From contig NC_081384.1 in NCBI RefSeq assembly GCF_030684315.1, positions 15,290,818-15,354,817 of the forward strand: a stretch of 64,000 nt of DNA. The letters are read 5' to 3'. The first letter of the stretch is position 1. Each line of letters opens with the position of its first letter. Positions 56,336-64,000 of the stretch are shown here, piece after piece. The notes under the pieces are model-generated. The model saw only the letters and a program-made list of their open reading frames with translations, was not told the DNA's origin and did not search any database. Origin of the DNA: Stegostoma tigrinum. Taxonomy: Eukaryota. Made by a program: the position numbers and the translations under genes.

Positions 56336-57859
56336 GATTATCTGTAATGAATCAGTCGGCCATTAAGTGCACTCCAACAATTTTTCAAAAAAATGGTATT
56401 TTTCCAAGAATAGCAGTCAACAGATGTTTTAACCCTTTAAATGTTTGATCTTGCCGCTCATCCAAAATCATTCGCATAAGGACAGGAGTGTTTTGAGTTT
56501 TAATGTTAGGTACTTAATTCATACTTCTAAATTTAATCATCACTGGGCAGATATCTTGACATGTTTATATAATTGTGTATTGATTACTTTTTATAAAGAA
56601 AATTTGCTTTTTAAATTTGCCTTTTTAAGCCTGAGCAAAGCGTTTTGTATTATGGAGCTCTGAGCTGCAGAAGTTTGTTGTCTGAAGTTGCATAGTTTGC
56701 TCACACAGTCATTTTAGCACAAAAACGTTATGCCATCTCCATTAAACCTTTTGTGTATCTTAGTTACTTCGCATTTGTGTAATGCTGACATTTCTGTTGG
56801 AAGAGAGAAAGAGATGCTGAACAGACTCAGTGGGGAGGACATTTTGATTCAAGTAGTGCGATAAAATTGAAGAATTACTTTTGGAAAGATAGTTGTCAGT
56901 TTAAAAGTTACATTGAGAAATTGTGTGATAAAATGAGGCATTGTTGTTGTAAATTTGTCATATCATTATCATCCATATATAGATCAAAATTGTATATTGT
57001 GGGAACTGCATTAACTCACTTGAAGTGATATTTGGCTTTGAATCCATGATAAGGCAGTTTGCTAATTAAGGACTGTGAATAATGTCGGTCAGACACACAC
57101 ACTACTGATTAGATATTTCACGAGACCAAAAAGTAGTAATTCACCCTTGATTAGAAAGCTCTAAGGGTTAGAATGGGTTGGATTAAGCAAAGACAGTAGT
57201 GTTAAAAGAGCAAAATGCACCTTCAGGGATATGCAGAGCAGTCAGGGCAATGTTTAAAAGGTTAGACCATGGTGGTGAAGTGGCGACAGTTACATACTAT
57301 CATGTTCAGCTTCAGTTAGTGACCAAAGAGAGAATGATTGAATTATGTCAAACAGATGTAGAAAGTTGCAGAGGCATTGTCCCCATTGACAAACGAACAT
57401 AATTGCAAAACTTCTCAAAACTCGCTGGAACATAATTGCAGATTCAGTAGTCCAAATCTGGGATATCCAAAAAACAGAATATTATTTTACTCTTAGTCCA
57501 CAGAGCATGGTGAATTGGTGGAAAGTAATGAATAATTGCAAACTCTTTGAAATATAAAGAATGGTTAAATGGGTGTTTATATTAAATGCACTCTTGAAAT
57601 CATTGTGCCCACTGAAAGGTATTTTTAATCCCTCACTCTGAAGATATGATATTAAGAATGGGGATTAAATACCAGGTATTTCTCTTGCTGAGAATATCTC
57701 GTGGGTTAATGCAGGTGTCTAAGAAGGATTGCTGAGCTCAACCACGAAAGATGAAACAACCTCAGACCAGTTTAGAAACTTGGAAGTAAAATGCTTATCT
57801 TTGTCACCTGCCACTTTCGATTGATCTGGTGGATAATCTAAAATCTGGGCAAATCCTGG

Positions 57860-58500
57860 ATGGCATATGGACAGGTTAAGAAGGTGTTTAACATGCTTGC
57901 CTTCATTCCCTGGACCTTTGATTTGGGATTTTATGTTGAAGTTGCACAGAACGTTGGTGGATCTCTTCTTGTCTGCTCTTTATCAGAGTACTGTGTGCAG
58001 TTCTGGTTCTCTTGTATAAGAAGGATATTATCAAGCTGGAGAGGGTTCAGAGAGCTTTACCAGGATGGTGCCTGGAATGGAAGGTTTGAATTATAAGTGG
58101 AAGCTGGGACGTCTTTCACTGGAGTGTAGGAGGCGAAGGGTGACGTTAAAAAGGTTTATAAAATCGCGAGAGGTATCAGTAAGGTGAATAGCAGGTGTCA
58201 TTTCACTAGGGGTGGGAGTTTTCAAATCTGGGGGGGGGGCATATTTTTAAGATGCGAGGAGAAAGATTTTAAAAAGACACGATGGGCATTTTTTTAAAAA
58301 GAGTGAATTGTGTTTAGGATGAACTTCCAGAAGTAGTAGTGGATGTGGTTTACAGTTACAACTGTTAAAAGATAGTTTAGATAAATATATGAATAAAAAA
58401 GGTTTGGCGGGACAAGGGCCAAGTGCTAGTTTAGTTTGGCATTATGGTCAGCATGGACTGGTTAGACCGAAGGGTCTGTTTCAGTGCAGCATGACTCTAC
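57860..58500 (+). mobile_element. Decayed CR1/HER1-type 3-prime fragment
   Basis: EYCVQFW motif; tail gaagggtctgtttc shared with the SINE 3-prime ends. Confidence 0.75.
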
Positions 58501-58595
58501 GGCAGCTGCAGAAACCTAATGGAAGGGTTTCAAAGACAAAGTTATGGGTTTAGAGAGCAACAACATGGATGTAAAAAGAGTGCGTCATGTTTGAT

Positions 58596-60834
58596 AATAA
58601 AATGTGAGGCTGGATGAACACAGCAGGCCAAGCAGCATCTCAGGAGCACAAAAGCTGATGTTTCGGGCCTAGACCCTTCATCAGAGAGGGGGATGGGGAG
58701 AGGGAACTGGAATAAATAGGGAGAGAGGGAGAGAGGGGGAGGCGGACCGAAGATGGAGAGTAAAGAAGATAGGTGGAGAGAGTGTAGGTGGGGAGGTAGG
58801 GAGGGGATAGGTCGGTCCAGGGAAGACGGACAGGTCAAGGAGGTGGGATGAGGTTAGTAGGTAGCTGGGGGTGCGGCTTGGGGTGGGAGGAAGGGATGGG
58901 TGAGAGGAAGAACCGGTTAGGGAGGCAGAGACAGGTTGGACTGGTTTTGGGATGCAGTGGGTGGGGGGGAGGAAGAGCTGGGCTGGTTGTGTGGTGCAGT
59001 GGGGGGAGGGGACGAACTGGGCTGGTTTAGGGATGCAGTAGGGGAAGCGGAGATTTTGAAACTGGTGAAGTCCACATTGATACCATATGGCTGCAGGGTT
59101 CCCAGGCAGAATATGAGGTGCTGTTCCTGCAACCTTCGGGTGGCATCATTGTGGCACTGCAGGAGGCCCATGATGGACATGTCATCTAGAGAATGGGAGG
59201 GGGAGTGGAAATGGTTTGCGACTGGGAGGTGCAGTTGTTTGTTGCGAACTGAGCGGAGGTGTTCTGCAAAGCGGTCCCCAAGCCTCCGCTTGGTTTCCCC
59301 AATGTAGAGGAAGCCGCACCAGGTGCAGTGGATGCAGTATACCACATTGGCAGATGTGCAGGTGAACCTCTGCTTAATGTGGAATGTCATCTTGGGGCCT
59401 GGGATGGGGGTGAGGGAGGAGGTGTGGGGACAGGTGTAGCATTTCCTGCGGTTGCAGGGGAAGGTGCCGGGTGTGGTGGGGTTGGAGGGCAGTGTGGAGC
59501 GAACAAGGGAGTCACGGAGAGAGTGGTCTCTCCGGAAAGCAGACAGGGGAGGGGATGGAAAAATGTCTTGTGGTGGGGTCGGATTGTAAATGGCGGAAGT
59601 GTCGGAGGATAATGCGTTGTATCCGGAGGTTGGTAGGGTGGTGTGTGAGAACGAGGGGGATCCTCTTGGGGCGGTTGTGGCGGGGGCGGGGTGTGAGGGA
59701 TGTGTTGCGGGAAATACGGGAGACGCGGTCAAGGGCGTTCTCGATCACTGTGGGGGGAAAGTTGCGGTCCTTAAAGAACTTGGACATCTGGGATGTGCGG
59801 GAGTGGAATGTCTTATCGTGGGGGCGGAGGCGGAGGAATTGGGAATAGGGGATGGAATTTTTGCAGGAGGTGGGTGGGAGGAGGTGTATTCTAGGTAGCT
59901 GTGGGAGTTGGTGGGCTTGAAATAGACATCAGTTACAAGCTGGTTGCCTGAGATGGAGACTGAGAGGTCCAGGAAGGTGAGGGATGTGCTGGAGATGGCC
60001 CAGGTGAACTGAAGGTTGGGGTGGAAGGTGTTGGTGAAGTGGATGAACTGTTCGAGCTCCTCTGGGGAGCAAGAGGCAGCGCCGATACAGTCATCAATGT
60101 ACCGGAGGAAGAGGTGGGGTTTGGGGTCTGTGTAGGTGCGGAAGAGGGACTGTTCCACGTAACCTACAAAGAGGCAGGCATAGCTGGGGCCCATGCGGGT
60201 GCCCATGGCCACCCCCTTAGTCTGTAGGAAGTGGGAGGAGTCAAAAGAGAAGTTGTTGAGTGTGAGGACGAGTTCAGCTAGGCGGATGAGAGTGTCGGTG
60301 GAGGGGGACTGGTCGGGCCTACGGGATAGGAAGAAGCGGAGGGCCTTGAGGCCATCTCCATGCGGAATGCAGGTGTACAGGGACTGGACGTCCATGGTGA
60401 ATATGAGGTGTTGGGGGCCAGGGAATTGGAAGTCCTGGAGGAGGTGGAGGGCGTGGGTGGTGTCACGGATGTAGGTGGGGAGTTCCTGGACCAAATGGGA
60501 GAAAATGGAGTCCAGATAGGTGGAGATGAGTTCGGTGGGGCAGGAGCAGGCTGAGACGATGGGTCGACCAGGGCAGACAGGTTTGTGGATTTTGGGAAGG
60601 AGATAGAAATGGGCCGTGTGGGGTTGGGGAACAATGAGGTTGGAGGCTGTGGGTGGGAGGTCCCCTGTGGTGATGAGGTCGTGAATGGTGTTGGAGATGA
60701 TGGTTTGGTGCTCGGGTGTGGGGTCATGATCGAGGAGGCGGTAGGAGGTGGTGTCGGAGAGTTGGCGTCTGGCCTCGGCGATGTAGAGGTCAGTGCGCCA
60801 TACTACCACTGCGCCACCCTTGTCTGCGGGTTTG
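58596..60834 (-). mobile_element. Penelope-like retroelement, RT + GIY-YIG, 5-prime truncated, frameshifted
   Basis: IKPADKGGAVVVW, YLLPKIHK, GRPIVSAC, MDVQSLYT, GVAMGTRMGPSYACLFV, RYIDD, then YCIHC..CGFLYIGETKRRL; frameshifts near 59860 and 59570; TSD atgtttgat 58587-58595 / 60835-60843. Confidence 0.96.
58654..58686 (-). ncRNA. Minimal hammerhead motif
   Basis: CTGATGA-A-GGGT-CTAG-GCCC-GAAA-C-ATC. Confidence 0.65.
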
Positions 60835-60914
60835 ATGTTTGATCAACTTTAATCGGACGTCAATAGAAGGACCAAAGAGCAGATTAGAGTAGTGCATCAG
60901 ATTAAATATATTTT

Positions 60915-61133
60915 GAGATAATGGGAACTGCAGATGCTGGAGAATTCAAAGATAATAAAATGTGAGGCTGGATGAACACAGCAGGCCAAGCAGCATCTCA
61001 GGAGCACAAAAGCTGACGTTTCGGGCCTAGACCCTTCATCAGAGAGGGGGATGGGGAGAGGGAACTGGAATAAATAGGGAGAGGGGGGGAGGCGGACCGA
61101 AGATGGAGAGTAAAGAAGATAGGTGGAGAGAGT
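60915..61133 (-). mobile_element. Solo PLE terminal segment with HHR
   Basis: Near-identical to 58596-58783 plus the gataatgggaactgcagatgctgg extension. Confidence 0.9.
61012..61044 (-). ncRNA. Minimal hammerhead ribozyme motif (intact core)
   Basis: CTGATGA-A-GGGT-CTAG-GCCC-GAAA-C-GTC. Confidence 0.75.
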
Positions 61134-61845
61134 GGATCTTTAAAATGGTTGTACGAGTGGCCAATGCCACCAGTAGATGGAGTACTGTGTCCACATGCAT
61201 AAAGTAGGAATGCAGCTTTTAAACTCACATGCATTATAACTTAATTGTAAATAAGGCCCAAAGAAATGAAAGCACATGTATGCAGAGACCTTGAGAGTAG
61301 CCTTCAAAGCGTTAATTTGTTTATGTTTTTAGGTAGAGCTTCCTTTCCAATGTTTTAAAAGACTCTTTGCATTCTGTTGTCATTTTCCCATCTGTGGTCT
61401 CCCTTAGGGGGCATGTAACTAATCTGAACACTTTCCTTTTTAATTTCCTGGCTGACGGCAGTTCAGCTTTTCAGGGGTAATAGCCTCAAGAAACAGCAAA
61501 GACAACTTGTGCTTTGCAGTTGTTTAAAAGGGCACTGACAGCTATGCAGACTTTGTATTCCAGGCTGCATTTCATTTATGGTGTGTACGCACACATGCAT
61601 CACAGCAGCCTTTTATCAATTCTCCGTAAATGGAAAATGGAAACTGTTTCAAAATATCTTCAATAAGTTGCTGCTTATTAGACTCATGACTGAGGTCAGA
61701 ACAAGTAGTAGAATGGATTCAAGCTTAACAGGAGACATAACTTACTCACTGCAAGGGTTTGGGAGCAAAGGTACTGAATGATTTCAAAATAAAATTGGAT
61801 AGGCACGTGAGGGAAATAACTTGAAAAACTTTTGTGATAGAGTGA

Positions 61846-62324
61846 TAGACAATAGGTGCTGGAGTAGGCCATTCGGCCCTTCGAGCCGGCACCACCATTC
61901 ATTGTGATCATGGCTGATCATCCACCATCAGTATCCTGTTCCTGCCTTATCCCCATAACCCTTGATGCCACTATCTTTAAGAGCTCTATCTATCTCTTTC
62001 TTGAAAGTATCCAGAGAGTTGGCCTCCACTGCCTTCTGGGGCAGAGCATTCCATATATCCACCACTCTCTGGGTGAAGAAGTTTTTCCTCAACTCTGTTC
62101 TAAATGGCCAACCCCTTATTTTTAAACTGTGTCCTCTGGTCCTGGACTCGCCCATCAGCAGAAACATGCTTCCTGCCTCCACAGTGTCCAATCCCTTAAT
62201 AATCTTATATGTCTCACTCAGATCCCCTCTCATCCTTCCAAACTCAAGTGTATACAAGCCCAGTCGCTCCAATCTTTCAACATATGATAGTCCCGCCATT
62301 CCAGGAATTGACCTTGTGAACCTA
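61846..62324 (-). mobile_element. CR1 3-prime fragment, same young subfamily as 1-1868
   Basis: ORF 61928-62365 nearly identical to the 1326-1780 translation. Confidence 0.93.
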
Positions 62325-64000
62325 GTGATGATATGGATCTGATTGGATCGCTGTGCAGTTGACATAGAACACTGGGTTTACTGGTGGCCTCCTGGACCTT
62401 TAGGTCACAATAAATGTAAAACGAATCAGGTAATGTTCATGAATAGAGAAACAGCATTAACTTTTCAGGTTTAATGACATTTCATTATCCATTAATTAGG
62501 AGGAGTGACTAAAACCTTGTGTCGAAGACATTGGGCCTTGTGTCCGTGGGGGGTCAGTTGCCTGGGAGGTTATTCGTGTTTTTTTTTTGTTAGTGCTCTT
62601 GAGTTGGGAGTAGGAAATGTAGTAGAGCAATTTAATCAGAGTCGTGCAAATGGGACATTTTTCCTTGTGTGTAACCAATCCTGAATGAAAACCAGTTTAC
62701 TCCAGTTCCCAGTGAGTACCAGCATTCGTCATTTTCTACAGTTTCATGTTGTCTCTCACGGCAAACATGAGAGAAATGAGGTAGAAGATTCTCTGATATT
62801 GTAGATAGTATACCTGTTAACAGACATTTGGACAGATTTGAAGAAGCCATACTTTGGTGCTTAATGTTTGGTGTTGCACACGAGTATTCTCTGCTGAAAA
62901 ACAGGAAAATATTAAGTTTACTATCAGTTAAAAGAACTGTAAACAATGAAAAAAGCTTTTGAAAATAGCTAATGAACATGAGACTAGTGGGAAAATCATT
63001 GGGGAGGAACTGTGAAATGTCTTAGGATATCTGGAATGTTTCTCTTTAAGTTCATGTACTTTATATTTCTTATCAGTACAATTTCACTGCTTTTATAACT
63101 TTGTAATTTTGTTGGAAATGGTATTTTATTGATTTTGGGCCACCTTGGGAGGGATTTTCCTGTTCTTTTATGGGTGTGAGCATGTAGGTGGCAATGAGTA
63201 CTCCACCCTCACTTACCAAGAAAACACATGCACTCCTCCAGCAGTCAGCTCATTGTAACAGCTGATAAACCAGCGTGTTGAGTTTCTCGATAAATCTCAG
63301 GCGTCTGCACTGCTGGCCTGGGTCCCCAGAAGCTTCTGGGGCCTTATCTCTGTTGAGGCCTACACGTCAGTGGTGGAGTGGGGTGAGGAATAAATATATC
63401 CCTTGAAAAGATGATAAGTACATTTTTATACTCTTGTGCTGAGGAGGATGACTGTCAGGGAGGGGAAGGTTGGAGACAAGGGCAGGGTTTCTGACTTTGA
63501 GGCCAAACCCTTTACCTTCCATCCGTTCTTCCACCTCTACATTGGAACAAATGGAGATCCACCACCCCCCCACCAAAAAAAATCTAGCAGCAGGGCACCA
63601 TGGAACCAATAACACCAGATGGCAAGTTGAGGCCTTTGCATGGCTATTTAGTGACCACTTAAGGACTTTAATTGGTGGCAAGTCATGAAGTTCACCCATG
63701 AACCTTATCACCCCGACCTTAAATAGTAAGCTGGTGAGAAGGTGGTCACCTTCTCGCCACGGCAAGCTCTCCACATTATTTCCCCTTCTTTCCACCTCTG
63801 GGGGGGTGGTGGTGGTGGTGGGGGAAGGGGCGGGGGGGGGCGGTAGTAGTGTGCCATGCCTTTTCAGTGTGCAGTCTTGATGAAGTCCCTGCCAGTAAAC
63901 CGTAGCGGTAAGTTCAACAGAGATTGTTCACAGCTGGCATTCGGTCATTCAGACTTTGCGACTTAGAATTGCTGCAAGAGTTAAAAGTGCAAATTGCTGT

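Noticed and set aside
58848-60842. Many overlapping plus-strand ORFs
   Set aside because: Antisense frames of the C-rich PLE coding strand
63367-63795. 142-aa minus-strand ORF
   Set aside because: No homology recognised; lies in GC-rich repeat-like intronic sequence
54548-64000. PSME3 exon 6 onward
   Set aside because: No TKVFVMPNGMLKSN-like peptide found by eye; presumably beyond the window

Overview
Vertebrate genomic DNA, most likely a shark or other elasmobranch (inferred from HE1/V-SINE-, Deu-SINE-, CR1/HER1-type and Penelope-like repeats). It holds the conserved CNTD1(+) / BECN1(-) / PSME3(+) block. CNTD1 is complete (7 coding exons, 8120-15191, 315 aa) and BECN1 is complete (11 coding exons, 40532-18471, 448 aa). 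The first 5 exons of PSME3 are present (41816-54547) and the rest lies beyond the window. BECN1 and PSME3 share a very compact bidirectional promoter containing a perfect 22-bp CRE-centred palindrome. Introns and flanks are full of retroelements. The most notable non-genic signal is about a dozen minimal hammerhead-ribozyme (HHR) motifs, intact or decayed. They are carried by several Penelope-like element (PLE) lineages and their short non-autonomous, often fold-back, derivatives. Repeat family names are from recall, not a database search, and repeat boundaries are approximate. Exon boundaries were read by hand and are frame-consistent.
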